Source: Fimbriimonadia bacterium (lineage in GTDB: Bacteria > Armatimonadota > Fimbriimonadia > Fimbriimonadales > JABRVX01). Taken from it: 64,000 nucleotides of DNA. A program made the translations under genes and the position numbers. Numbering within the stretch: position 1 is the stretch's first letter; each line of letters begins with the position of its first letter. The notes under the pieces were generated by a model. It had not been told where the DNA came from. It did not search any database and saw only the letters and a program-made list of their open reading frames with translations. The DNA lies in assembly GCA_041483895.1 (NCBI GenBank), contig JBGPGO010000003.1, positions 128,001 through 192,000 of the forward strand, given 5' to 3'. Positions 1 through 9,134 of this stretch are shown here, piece by piece.

Positions 1-3
1 AGT

Positions 4-576
4 GTGATAGCTATGCAGGCACAACCTCAAGCAATAGCGCAAGCAGCCCTCCGGCTGGAAGATGCCGACCTGGTCCGCCGATGTAAGACCGGAGAGGAAG
101 CGGCGTATCGCCAAATCCTTGACCGGTATCGCGCACGGCTGATCCGAATTGCCACAAATCTGCTCCATGACCGCATGGAAGCGGAAGACGTGGCCCAGGA
201 AGCATTTCTGCGAGCGTTCCGCGAACTGGGCAGATTGCGGGACGATTGCGCATTCGGCGGCTTTATCTATCGCATTTGTGTCCGCCTTTGCGTCGATCGG
301 TTGCGCCTCAAAAGGGCCGAAACAATCCCATTTGACATCGCGGTGGACATCAGTCGCGGCTCTATCGAGACGCGAATGGTGGTTGGGCAGCTTTTGGAGC
401 GGCTGCCACCGGATCTCAAAGCTGCTCTGGTGCTGCGAGAGCTGGAGGGATTGAGCTATGAGGAAGTTGCGGAGGCAATGGGTGTGCCTATCGGTACTGT
501 CCGTTCGCGATTACACGCCGCCCGGGAGAAGTTCCGGAAGATGTGGATATCGCAAGTAATGGAGAATCCAAAATGA
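4..576 (+). CDS. ECF RNA polymerase sigma factor (sigma-70 family)
   Basis: Region 2 motif AEDVAQEAFLRAF and region 4 LSYEEVAEAMGVPIGTVRSRLHAAR; ATGA overlap with downstream anti-sigma. Confidence 0.95.
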   Translation: MIAMQAQPQAIAQAALRLEDADLVRRCKTGEEAAYRQILDRYRARLIRIATNLLHDRMEAEDVAQEAFLRAFRELGRLRDDCAFGGFIYRICVRLCVDRLRLKRAETIPFDIAVDISRGSIETRMVVGQLLERLPPDLKAALVLRELEGLSYEEVAEAMGVPIGTVRSRLHAAREKFRKMWISQVMENPK

Positions 577-1079
577 TACTAAATTTCCGATGTGCCCGGA
601 TTCGGCGGAATCTTAGCCTTTATCATGATAATCATTTACCCGCCGACCGAATCCAGCAAGTCGAAAAACATCTCTTAGCCTGTGAAAGTTGTCGAGTGAG
701 CTTAGACCTGAATCGAGTGCTTTCTCGTGAAATGGCAATGGGAGGACTGATTGAGGATGCGTCGCCTAGTTTCAATGACCGGGTGATGGCTGCTTTGCGT
801 CACGGCAACCAAGTGCGCCGAGTCTGGTCGCAGTGGCGAGAGTTCGCCATCGGTACGGTTGTTGCGGCAGCGGTCATGGGCTTCGCGCTGAACTATGCAG
901 CGTCGGAGCCGCGAATCAATCGTCCAGGCGTCGATCCGGCAAGCGCCGTGAAGGTCTCACCGAAAAGCCTGACGAAACCATTCGATCATGATCCGAACAA
1001 CGGATTATGGAAGTTGCAAGAGGATCAGCCACGGCGGCCCAACTTCGATCTCGGTCTGGACGACGGCGCTTCGGGATAG
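573..1079 (+). CDS. Zinc-finger (zf-HC2) anti-sigma factor, single TM
   Basis: HxxxCxxC motif HLLACESC, one TM helix; ATG at 573 overlaps the sigma factor TGA. Confidence 0.85.
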   Translation: MILNFRCARIRRNLSLYHDNHLPADRIQQVEKHLLACESCRVSLDLNRVLSREMAMGGLIEDASPSFNDRVMAALRHGNQVRRVWSQWREFAIGTVVAAAVMGFALNYAASEPRINRPGVDPASAVKVSPKSLTKPFDHDPNNGLWKLQEDQPRRPNFDLGLDDGASG

Positions 1080-1088
1080 ACCGTCCCA

Positions 1089-2975
1089 TTGGCCGCGATG
1101 ACTGCAGGTCAAGCGCGTAGGCTTTGGGCCGGCGTGTTGGCGGGATGTTGCGTTGCGGTTCTCGCCATCCCGGAAGCTCGTTGGCACCTGACCGACGGTG
1201 TCTGCTTCGCGTTCAACACCCTGCCATCCTGGCAGCGGGCGATTGCTTTGCCCCCGCGTTCTCGTATCCCAACTGAGCTTCCTGCATCAATACCGGATAA
1301 TTTCGAACTCCAGTTGGGCGCCATCACCCTGGACAAAGGTACCGCCCAGATCGCGACAAGGAGCGATTCTCAAATCCGCGAGAGAATCGCCGATCTCGTT
1401 GAACTTGGACAGCAGCACGGCAAGAGGCCCGAACTCTATGCTCATATTGGTCGCTTCTACGCGGCGATAGTCACCCTGCCTGTGCCTGGCGCCAAACTAA
1501 CGGCTCTGGAGGAGAAAGATTGGCGGGACCTCCTCTTCTACATGCAGAAGGGCGCGGACAATGATCAACACAACGCCTTTTTCCCCCAAATGGCAGCGGC
1601 CTGCCACTTGGCGCTCGGCGAAAGCAAACAGGCGGTAAACGAATGGGAACGAGCCTCATTTCATACCACTTGGCAGGACTATGCATACACGGAGGTATTC
1701 GCCCGCTGGAAGCTGCTCGAGACCGTGTATGGCCCGCACGGTCCCCGCCAACGTTTCCCATCGATCGCTCTCCTACGCCTTCCGCACCTCGCGCTTTTGG
1801 AGCAGACTGCCGCCCGAATCTCGGACATGCCCTCGCCGACCGGCGAGCACGCGGCAGCCTGGCACCTGGAACGGCTTCTGGCCACCGCGCGCAACGGCGC
1901 TCTGATTCGTGGAGGGGCGTGCCAGGTCGTTTCGGGGTTGCGTGGGGTGAGCATCGTCGAGCGGGCGATTCAAGGCGGCGATATCAACCTCAATGAATTA
2001 ACGCCGAAAGGGTTGGAAGAGGGAAGAGCGGCGTTTCGCCTGAGGGTCCTGGAGAAGATGGGAAAGCGATCGGCTGCATTCACTACCTTGCAAGGCGAAA
2101 AGAACGACGGGTATCAGGGCACAATTCCAGCAAACAGTGCCATCGAGTTCACCGGTTGGAACACGGTCTCCGGCCGGCCAGGGGTCTGGACGGGTTGGCT
2201 GTTCCGTTGCCTCGCTCTCGGTTCCATCGTTGACGGAAGCATGGGATTGGCGGTCCGGTTGCTGATCGTCTGCTTCGCATCGTTGGCGTTGCTCAAACTT
2301 TGCAATATGCTCCGTACGTACATCCCGGAGAGACTTCGCTCCGTACTTGCCCTCACCTTGGCGCTTAGCGTCGGACTTCTCATATTCATTGCGACCGACA
2401 TTTGGTATGTCGGGATGTGGTACTCCCTGCTCATCGGCGGGCTGGGCTATGCGGCGTCCGCTTCTGATTTCCGAACGAAACCTCCCTCCGGTGGGACGGA
2501 CTACATCACTTGGACGTTTGGCCACGGCGTTGCCACCGGCCTCTTGCTTGTGATCCTGTTTCTCCTCACGGCCTATTCGTTCATTTTCCGTTATGCCGAC
2601 TTCGCAAACGTGCATCGCTACTTGACCGGCATCCCCTCCCCTTTGACCCAGCTTCCCGACAAGCAGTGGATTGGCCTCGCCTGGTTCGGGGTTTCCCTGC
2701 CGCTCGCTACCGCAATCAGTTGGGCGGCATTTGCCCGAACGCCCCTTCTGGCCGCCGTTGCCGAAGGGCTGGCAAAGTTCTCCCTCCGCGCGGCGCTTGT
2801 CACGACGACGGTCTTTCTGCTGGCTCTTCCGGTAGGCGTCTACTTCGACCGAAAGGACGTTGAACGGCTGAATTTGATCGCGCAGAATGAGCCAAACTAC
2901 TACCGCAAAAGCGAAGGCGTGCTGACGGCGGGGTACTATGAGGGTGACCCGTGGAATCATATTGGGGGCGGGTAA
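1089..2975 (+). CDS. Hypothetical membrane protein (helical N-terminal domain plus multiple TM segments)
   Basis: 628-aa ORF, hydrophobic C-terminal half, operon position after anti-sigma. Confidence 0.7.
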   Translation: MAAMTAGQARRLWAGVLAGCCVAVLAIPEARWHLTDGVCFAFNTLPSWQRAIALPPRSRIPTELPASIPDNFELQLGAITLDKGTAQIATRSDSQIRERIADLVELGQQHGKRPELYAHIGRFYAAIVTLPVPGAKLTALEEKDWRDLLFYMQKGADNDQHNAFFPQMAAACHLALGESKQAVNEWERASFHTTWQDYAYTEVFARWKLLETVYGPHGPRQRFPSIALLRLPHLALLEQTAARISDMPSPTGEHAAAWHLERLLATARNGALIRGGACQVVSGLRGVSIVERAIQGGDINLNELTPKGLEEGRAAFRLRVLEKMGKRSAAFTTLQGEKNDGYQGTIPANSAIEFTGWNTVSGRPGVWTGWLFRCLALGSIVDGSMGLAVRLLIVCFASLALLKLCNMLRTYIPERLRSVLALTLALSVGLLIFIATDIWYVGMWYSLLIGGLGYAASASDFRTKPPSGGTDYITWTFGHGVATGLLLVILFLLTAYSFIFRYADFANVHRYLTGIPSPLTQLPDKQWIGLAWFGVSLPLATAISWAAFARTPLLAAVAEGLAKFSLRAALVTTTVFLLALPVGVYFDRKDVERLNLIAQNEPNYYRKSEGVLTAGYYEGDPWNHIGGG

Positions 2976-2985
2976 AGGGGCTCCA

Positions 2986-3435
2986 TTGAAGGTTGTAATT
3001 ATAGGGTGTGGGCGAACGGGATCGACGCTCGCCGGAATGCTTGCCGATGAAGGCCACGATGTTGCTATCATCGATGAAAGCCGATACGCCTTTCAGCGAC
3101 TTGGCAAGGACACCAAGTGCAAGACATTCACCGGCCACGCGCTGGACGAGGACGTTCTGTTGAAAGCCGGCGTTGACAAGGCTGATGCGTTTGTCGCCTG
3201 CACACAGGGCGACAATACGAACATCATGGCGATGCAGGTGGTTCGCGAGAACTGGGATGTCCCCCGAATCGGCGGAAAAATCAATGATCCGATTCGAAGC
3301 CAAGAATATTACAAGATGGGCTACTTCACAATCACCGAATGCAAGCTCTTGGCCGGCGCGTTCAACGATTGGATTCACGACCAGCGGTTGCGGGCGATTA
3401 CCGAGTATCTCCGCGAGGTGCCGACTCCAAAATGA
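2986..3435 (+). CDS. trkA: TrkA/KtrA family RCK_N potassium uptake regulatory protein
   Basis: KVVIIGCGRTG Rossmann motif, ACTQGDNTN; probable TTG start at 2986; no RCK_C domain. Confidence 0.85.
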   Translation: MKVVIIGCGRTGSTLAGMLADEGHDVAIIDESRYAFQRLGKDTKCKTFTGHALDEDVLLKAGVDKADAFVACTQGDNTNIMAMQVVRENWDVPRIGGKINDPIRSQEYYKMGYFTITECKLLAGAFNDWIHDQRLRAITEYLREVPTPK

Positions 3436-3448
3436 TGGGTGAAGCGCA

Positions 3449-4129
3449 ATGTACGTAGTGCTGGTCGGCGGCGGCGCGGTCGGGGAGCAGGTGTTGAGAA
3501 AGCTCCTCCATGAGGGCCACGAGGTCCTGCTGATCGAAAAGAAACGGGAACGGGCCCAGCGGCTTGCGGATCGATACGGGAAGGGCGTGATGGCCGGCGA
3601 TGGGTGCGAAATGCGCGTGATGGCCGAGGCAGGTGTAAACCGGGCTGACGTTGTGGCGGCGATAACGGGCGACGATGAAGACAATCTGGTCGTTTGCCAG
3701 ATGGCGAAGCGGCGGTTCAATGTCAAGCGAACGATCGCCCGCGTGAGCGATCCGCGTCATGAAAAACTGTTCAAAAGTCTTGGCGTCGATGGCACGATCA
3801 GCAGCACGTCGATTATCTTCAACCTGATCGAACAAGAGATCGAAACGGGAGAGGTCCTGCCGATTGGCGCGATGCAGCAGGGCAACTTGGAAGTGGCTGA
3901 AGCGGTTTTGACCGCCCGCTCTCCGGCCTGTGGCAAGGCGGTCGGCGAATTGGAATTCCCGGATGGGACGATCATCGTGGCCGTGGTGAGGAACAGCCAG
4001 CACATGGTGGCGACGCCCGACATCATGCTGCAGTCGGGAGATATCGTTGTCGTGCTCGGCCCGTCATTCACAAGCGGCAATCTGCTCTCGCATGTTGGCG
4101 ATCCCCTCGGCGTCGCCCATCACAGTTAG
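3449..4129 (+). CDS. trkA: TrkA family potassium uptake protein (RCK_N + RCK_C)
   Basis: VVLVGGGAVG, TGDDEDNL, IARV motifs and C-terminal RCK_C. Confidence 0.9.
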   Translation: MYVVLVGGGAVGEQVLRKLLHEGHEVLLIEKKRERAQRLADRYGKGVMAGDGCEMRVMAEAGVNRADVVAAITGDDEDNLVVCQMAKRRFNVKRTIARVSDPRHEKLFKSLGVDGTISSTSIIFNLIEQEIETGEVLPIGAMQQGNLEVAEAVLTARSPACGKAVGELEFPDGTIIVAVVRNSQHMVATPDIMLQSGDIVVVLGPSFTSGNLLSHVGDPLGVAHHS

Positions 4130-4139
4130 GAGACGTATT

Positions 4140-4985
4140 TTGGCAACTCGCCGCTCGATGCAGGTTGATCTGGTCTTCCCAACGCCCGAAGTGGTGCGCG
4201 ACTACTACCGCGGGTTGATCTATCTTGCCGCACGGACCTGCTACACAGAAAAATCACCACAGGAGATATGGGAGAGGTACCGGTCGGGCAAAGTGACGCC
4301 CGAAGAGTTGCTGCGCGTTGTAAACCACGTCATCGAGTCGGGCCATCACAGTACCATCGAGCACATCAACTTTACGTTCGCCATCTCAGGAGTCAGCCGC
4401 GCGCTTTCGCATCAATTGGTCCGCCATAGGATAGGGGTCGCGTTCGATCAGCAGAGCCAGCGATATGTAAAGTTCAAGTCGCCGTCCCTCGTGGAGCCGC
4501 CGAGCATTGCCGCCGACGAGGCTCTGCAAAAGCAGTTCGACGAAGTTATCGAGGCCGGGGAACGTGCCTATCAGTCGCTGCTCGACCTCGGGGCACCCGC
4601 CGAGGACGCCCGGTTCATCCTGCCCAATGCCACGACCACTAACCTGATCATGACCGTCAACCTGCGGGAGCTGATCCACATGGCGGGCCTGCGTCTTTGC
4701 GTCCTAGCGCAATGGGAAATACGGCAATTGTTCAAGCTGATCCGAAAGGAACTGCTGGCCGTTGACGACTTTTTCGGCAATATGATGGTTCCGAAATGCG
4801 TGCCGCTGGGTTCGTGCGATGAGAAGCGAAATGAAGACGGCCATTGCCGGATTCGCCCCCACAAGACACTCGTTCTCCAGGTGTTCCAAGACTACAAAGC
4901 GGGCCGGCTCCAATATGTCAACGATAGCGCCGCCGTGGAGATGCAGCAATCGCAAGAAACCGACCTTACTCCCGGCAAACAGTAA
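4140..4985 (+). CDS. thyX: FAD-dependent thymidylate synthase
   Basis: QLVRHRIGVAFDQQSQRY signature, EDARFILP, NLREL; AGGAG RBS before TTG at 4140. Confidence 0.95.
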   Translation: MATRRSMQVDLVFPTPEVVRDYYRGLIYLAARTCYTEKSPQEIWERYRSGKVTPEELLRVVNHVIESGHHSTIEHINFTFAISGVSRALSHQLVRHRIGVAFDQQSQRYVKFKSPSLVEPPSIAADEALQKQFDEVIEAGERAYQSLLDLGAPAEDARFILPNATTTNLIMTVNLRELIHMAGLRLCVLAQWEIRQLFKLIRKELLAVDDFFGNMMVPKCVPLGSCDEKRNEDGHCRIRPHKTLVLQVFQDYKAGRLQYVNDSAAVEMQQSQETDLTPGKQ

Positions 4986-5640
4986 TCGCTAGTACGGCCC
5001 GTGCGCCGGCGTCCAGCAGCGTACGCGCGCATTCCCGGAGTGTGGAACCGGATGTGTAAACGTCGTCTACGAGGAGCACGCGCTTGCCACTGACGTGCGT
5101 GGCATCCGGGACGCGAAATGCGCCGGCCACGTTGGCTTCTCGCTGGGCGACTGTGCTTCGAACCTGCGATGGGGTCTTCTTCCACCGCACCAATGCGTTC
5201 GGAATCAACGGTGCGCCAATGGAACCGGCGATCGGCGCCGCGATCAGTTCGGACTGATTGAACGTCCGATGTCGCCTGCGGGATGAGTGAATCGGGACGG
5301 GCACGACCAGATCGGCCTGATAGAGCTGCGGATATCGTTCGACACGCGATGCGGTGAGGCGTCCGAGCTCTTCGCCAAGCGCATAGAACCGCTCGTATTT
5401 GTGCCTGCGGACCGCCGCCCCCGCCGCCCCTTCATAGAGATAGGCGGACCGGCAAAACGAGATCAGCTCGCCGCAGTGCGCGCAGTCGGGGCCCGGCTTG
5501 CCACAGCGGTTGCAGACCTCGGTGGGCATTTCATACATCAGCCGGCGGCAATCGGCGCATATGGGTGGGTTTCGGAGCAGATCGCACACCCCGCACCGGG
5601 GTGGGTATATCAGGTCATATACGCCGCTAATCAGGCTCAC
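4966..5640 (-). CDS. comF: ComF family protein (double zinc ribbon + phosphoribosyltransferase)
   Basis: CxxC clusters, VVPVPIH, FNQSEL, VLLVDDVYTSGST; GTG start at 5640 preferred. Confidence 0.9.
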   Translation of the reverse strand: MSLISGVYDLIYPPRCGVCDLLRNPPICADCRRLMYEMPTEVCNRCGKPGPDCAHCGELISFCRSAYLYEGAAGAAVRRHKYERFYALGEELGRLTASRVERYPQLYQADLVVPVPIHSSRRRHRTFNQSELIAAPIAGSIGAPLIPNALVRWKKTPSQVRSTVAQREANVAGAFRVPDATHVSGKRVLLVDDVYTSGSTLRECARTLLDAGARAVLAITVCRE

Positions 5641-5671
5641 GGGGATCGGTGAATTCGCATTTTGCAGTTGC

Positions 5672-5920
5672 TCACAAGGACAGGCCGCATGGAACACCTG
5701 GCAAAGGTAGATCCTCTTGTGCGGAAGCTGCGGCAAACGCAATCACGGCTTTGACCTGATCGGCGGTCAACGTTGGAAAGGAGCGCAGAATATCCTCCAC
5801 TGAATCACCATCGGCTAAGCTGGCCAGGACCGTATTCAGCGTTACGCGAGTGCCCCTGATGGTCGGCTGACCACCGCAGACATTCGGATTCTGATCGAAT
5901 AGCTGCGAACTGTCCATCAC
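5672..5920 (-). CDS. DUF433 domain protein (putative antitoxin)
   Basis: NPNVCGGQPTIRGTRV...EDILRSFPTLT motif. Confidence 0.85.
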   Translation of the reverse strand: MMDSSQLFDQNPNVCGGQPTIRGTRVTLNTVLASLADGDSVEDILRSFPTLTADQVKAVIAFAAASAQEDLPLPGVPCGLSL

Positions 5921-5931
5921 AATGAGATTAC

Positions 5932-6441
5932 CTAATTCAACTGCTCCAACAGCGTCTTGCTGCGTTCGTCCAACTTATTCCAATCCGGGATCTCAAACCG
6001 GACACCATCGACACTGGTTATCATCCAACGGCCCGGCGACAGCTCATGCGAACTGTCCCGCCAGTGGCGAACGTAGAAGCTACAGGCCCCCCGACTCGTT
6101 TCCACGTCGAACAGCCAAAGGGTGGCGTCCTGCTTCAATTTGCTGATTTGATGAATGATCGGCGTAAAATATCGGCGCTCCAAATCCTTCTCGATCAGGG
6201 TCCGACTGGTCGCCTCGACAGCAGTCAGGGCAGGAATCAGCCCAATCTCGTCCCCGTCGGCGGAGAACGCCCCGACATAGTGATCGGCATCGGAAAATGG
6301 GTAAGCACGGGTGAAATGCACGTCCTCATGCACCTCGCGACCATCGATTGTAAGATTCAAACTGCCTTTCGCCTCATCGCCGGCAACTGTAATCGTTGCA
6401 CCATCAATCATCCGAATCGCGGGCATTCTTGAGCTAATCAT
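5932..6441 (-). CDS. DUF1854 domain protein
   Basis: RAYPFSD..EIGLI..LERRYFTPII..VETSRG..DGVRFEIPD pattern. Confidence 0.75.
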   Translation of the reverse strand: MISSRMPAIRMIDGATITVAGDEAKGSLNLTIDGREVHEDVHFTRAYPFSDADHYVGAFSADGDEIGLIPALTAVEATSRTLIEKDLERRYFTPIIHQISKLKQDATLWLFDVETSRGACSFYVRHWRDSSHELSPGRWMITSVDGVRFEIPDWNKLDERSKTLLEQLN

Positions 6442-6639
6442 ACGTTCGAAACTATACCGCCTGCCCGCCCATTAAATTCTCCTCATCAGCCCGCAATTTG
6501 ACCTAATCGGCCCAGCAAGCCCACCCGAAAATACAACTGGCCACGACGAGCAGGCGCGATTTGGATGGACAGCGACGTTCAATCCGGCCGGCCTGGCTGA
6601 GGCCCAATCTATCTACCCTAAGGGAGACGAAGGAAGTCT

Positions 6640-6918
6640 ATGAAGACCAAGAATACGACGACTAGCATGAATTACACCCCCGGCACGGCTCCGGTCTACA
6701 ACTGGAACGACATCAACGAGCCCGGCACCTACCTGTTTGTCGAGTGGGGCACCCTGTGCCGCGTTCCGTTTGATGGCGTTGCTGACGGCCGCAGCCCGCG
6801 AGTCACGTTCTTCAGCAACATTCCGATTCCGGTAGTTAAGCTTTCGGACGATCCGTACATTCCGATTTCCAAGGCCCGACAGCTTGCGGCCGACAACGAT
6901 CTTTGCGTCAACTTCTAA
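6640..6918 (+). CDS. Small hypothetical protein, paralog 1 (WNDIxEPGTY...DPYIPISKARQLAAD..L.VNF family)
   Basis: AAGGAAG RBS, 92 aa, clear paralogy with 7000..7272. Confidence 0.85.
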   Translation: MKTKNTTTSMNYTPGTAPVYNWNDINEPGTYLFVEWGTLCRVPFDGVADGRSPRVTFFSNIPIPVVKLSDDPYIPISKARQLAADNDLCVNF

Positions 6919-6999
6919 CGAAGTAGACACGACGTTGAGGGAGAGGCCTCCAAAGCCTCTCCTTCCACCCCCAAATACCAGAACGGAGAAAGAAACAAA

Positions 7000-7272
7000 A
7001 TGGCCACGAAAAAGCACACGACGTCTTCGTACACACCCACGCTTGCGCCCCTTTGCAACTGGAACGACATCACTGAGCCCGGAACCTATGTGTTCCTCGA
7101 GTGGGGCACGCTGATCCGCGTTCCCGAGTGTGGTATTACCAGCCAGTCGCCGACCGTGACATTCTTTAGCAATATGCCGACGCAGGTCGCGCTGCTTTCG
7201 AACGATCCGTACATTCCGATTTCCAAGGCCCGTCAGCTCGCCGCTGACATGGACCTGGCTGTTAATTTCTAG
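7000..7272 (+). CDS. Small hypothetical protein, paralog 2 of the same family
   Basis: 90 aa, same motifs as 6640..6918, followed by terminator. Confidence 0.85.
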   Translation: MATKKHTTSSYTPTLAPLCNWNDITEPGTYVFLEWGTLIRVPECGITSQSPTVTFFSNMPTQVALLSNDPYIPISKARQLAADMDLAVNF

Positions 7273-7306
7273 ACATACCGAGACTTTTGGCTACGAGCAG
7301 CAGAAT

Positions 7307-7340
7307 AGTTCCCGGACGTGAGTCCGGGAACTTTCTATTT
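7307..7340 (+). terminator. Rho-independent terminator
   Basis: AGTTCCCGGAC-GTGA-GTCCGGGAACT hairpin followed by T-rich tract. Confidence 0.8.
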
Positions 7341-7400
7341 GCGCACTCGCCGGACCGATGGTAAAATGAACCGGTAATTTTTTGGAAAGGAAGGCTGATC

Positions 7401-8246
7401 ATGAGATTTAGAAAATTCTCAATGCTTTGCTTTTTCATGATTGGAGCATCGCATTCATTTGCGGATGTTCTGGTCACAGATTTTGCCACTGGAGCTATCT
7501 TGCGTTATTCTGATACCGGCACGCCGCTCGGTACTTTTGCGAGTAGCGGAGCCAGCAATGGCACATCCGATGTAATGGCTGCCAATGGCGTCGTTTATGT
7601 CGCCAATCAGGTTGGCCATGTTGCTCGATATGATCTGAATGGCAACTCGCTGGGCAATCTAATTACCGGCGCCAGCGGGCCGACAGGCATGCGGTACGGG
7701 CCGGACGGCAATATTTGGATTGGGATGCAGGCCGGCGGCACGGTACGAAGGGTGACGCCCGGTGGGACCGATCTCGGCGACTTTGCAACCGGGCTTTCGC
7801 TCCCGGCGTACGCCCAGTTTTTCGCAGGTCAGGTATATGTTTCCACCAGCGTCGACGTCAGCACCTTCTCGATGGGCGGAACTCCACTCGGCAGCATCGT
7901 TGCCGGTACTTCCCGGCCGACGGGGATGGAAATTGTGGGTGGCAATCTTTACGTTGCCAACCAAAACAGCAACTCCGTGTCCATTTACAATACTTCCAAT
8001 CTACTGCTGTCCAGTTTTTCTGTGGGCCAAGCGCCGGCGGATATCATCCTGATGCCGGATGGGACGCTTCTGATTGCGGAGTACTTCGATCATGTTGTAA
8101 CTCGGTATTCGTCAACAGGAACGAACCTTGGAACATTTGCGTCCACCGAATCTCCGCTCGGGCTCGCGTACTTCGTGGTTCCGGAGCCTTCCCTCTTCGC
8201 GCCGTTCGGCGCCCTTATGATGTTTGGGCTTCGGCGACGTACGTAG
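7401..8246 (+). CDS. PEP-CTERM protein with NHL-like beta-propeller repeats
   Basis: Signal peptide, repeats of G..LG.FA / P.G...GPDGN, C-terminal VPEPS + hydrophobic + RRR. Confidence 0.85.
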   Translation: MRFRKFSMLCFFMIGASHSFADVLVTDFATGAILRYSDTGTPLGTFASSGASNGTSDVMAANGVVYVANQVGHVARYDLNGNSLGNLITGASGPTGMRYGPDGNIWIGMQAGGTVRRVTPGGTDLGDFATGLSLPAYAQFFAGQVYVSTSVDVSTFSMGGTPLGSIVAGTSRPTGMEIVGGNLYVANQNSNSVSIYNTSNLLLSSFSVGQAPADIILMPDGTLLIAEYFDHVVTRYSSTGTNLGTFASTESPLGLAYFVVPEPSLFAPFGALMMFGLRRRT

Positions 8247-8424
8247 TATGTTCTGAACCAGGCCGGGAGCGCGATGACCTGCATTCACTCGCTCCCGGCG
8301 ACCACCCCTAAATCGTTTTTCGCAGCCTAAATCGTTAGACGGGCGTTATACCCCCGCATGTTCAGAGGGTCCTAGAACGTCCTGAGACTGATTGTAAACC
8401 TGCGACTCGGTAAGGAGACCGATC

Positions 8425-8642
8425 GCAACTGGAACGACATCAGTGAGCCCGGAACCTATCTGTTCCTTGAGTGGGGCACGCTGATCCGCGTTCCCGAGTG
8501 TGGTATTTCCAGTCAGTCGCCGACAGTGACCTTCTTTAGCAATATGCCGACGCAGGTCGCGCTGCTTTCGAACGATCCGTACATTCCGATCTCCAAGGCC
8601 CGTCAGCTCGCCGCTGACATGGACCTGGCTGTAAATTTCTAG
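8425..8642 (+). pseudogene. 5'-truncated third copy of the small-protein family
   Basis: 218-nt near-identical copy of 7055..7272 (9 substitutions), frame intact to TAG, no ATG/GTG/TTG between the upstream in-frame stop at 8373 and the homologous region. Confidence 0.75.
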
Positions 8643-8675
8643 TTTGATTTAGGCTTCTGGCTATGAGCAGTAAAT

Positions 8676-8718
8676 TGGTCCCCTGACGATCGGCTTGTCA
8701 GGGGACCATCTTCGTTTC
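8676..8718. terminator. Terminator hairpin between convergent units
   Basis: TGGTCCCCTGAC...GTCAGGGGACCA inverted repeat. Confidence 0.65.
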
Positions 8719-8753
8719 TTATTGACGATCGCATCGTCAATTCCCAGCGGTAA

Positions 8754-9113
8754 TTATCCGCCCTTTTCACCCTTTTCGTTGTCCTCGTCCTCTTCCTTCC
8801 CTTCCTTCTTGTTGGTTGTCACTTCGACGCTGGCGATCTTGCCCGAATTGGCATCCACCATCACTTCTCGCAGCACCTTGCCTGTCTTCACCATCACGGC
8901 GTACTGCCACTTGCCCTCTTCGTTCTCGAGCTTGGTCTTGGCTACAACCTTGCCGTGGAATTTGGCCAGCGCGACCTTCTCCGCCTTGGCAATCGTGATC
9001 TTTACCTTGGGCGGCTTCGGCGCAACCTTCGCGCCTTGAGCGACTGCCGAGACCGAAAAGGCGGCGGCAACCGCGACGATCAACAATGTCCGAACGAGCT
9101 TATTCACTGTCAA
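8754..9113 (-). CDS. Secreted PepSY domain protein
   Basis: Signal peptide; ITIAKAEKVALAKFHG..KLENEEG..Y.V...EVMVDANSGKI. Confidence 0.8.
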   Translation of the reverse strand: MTVNKLVRTLLIVAVAAAFSVSAVAQGAKVAPKPPKVKITIAKAEKVALAKFHGKVVAKTKLENEEGKWQYAVMVKTGKVLREVMVDANSGKIASVEVTTNKKEGKEEDEDNEKGEKGG

Positions 9114-9134
9114 CTCCTTGGTTATGATTTCAGG

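Noticed and set aside
7055..8642. Copies 2 and 3 as a DGR template/variable repeat pair
   Set aside because: Differences are not adenine-specific, are mostly synonymous, and no reverse transcriptase is in the window
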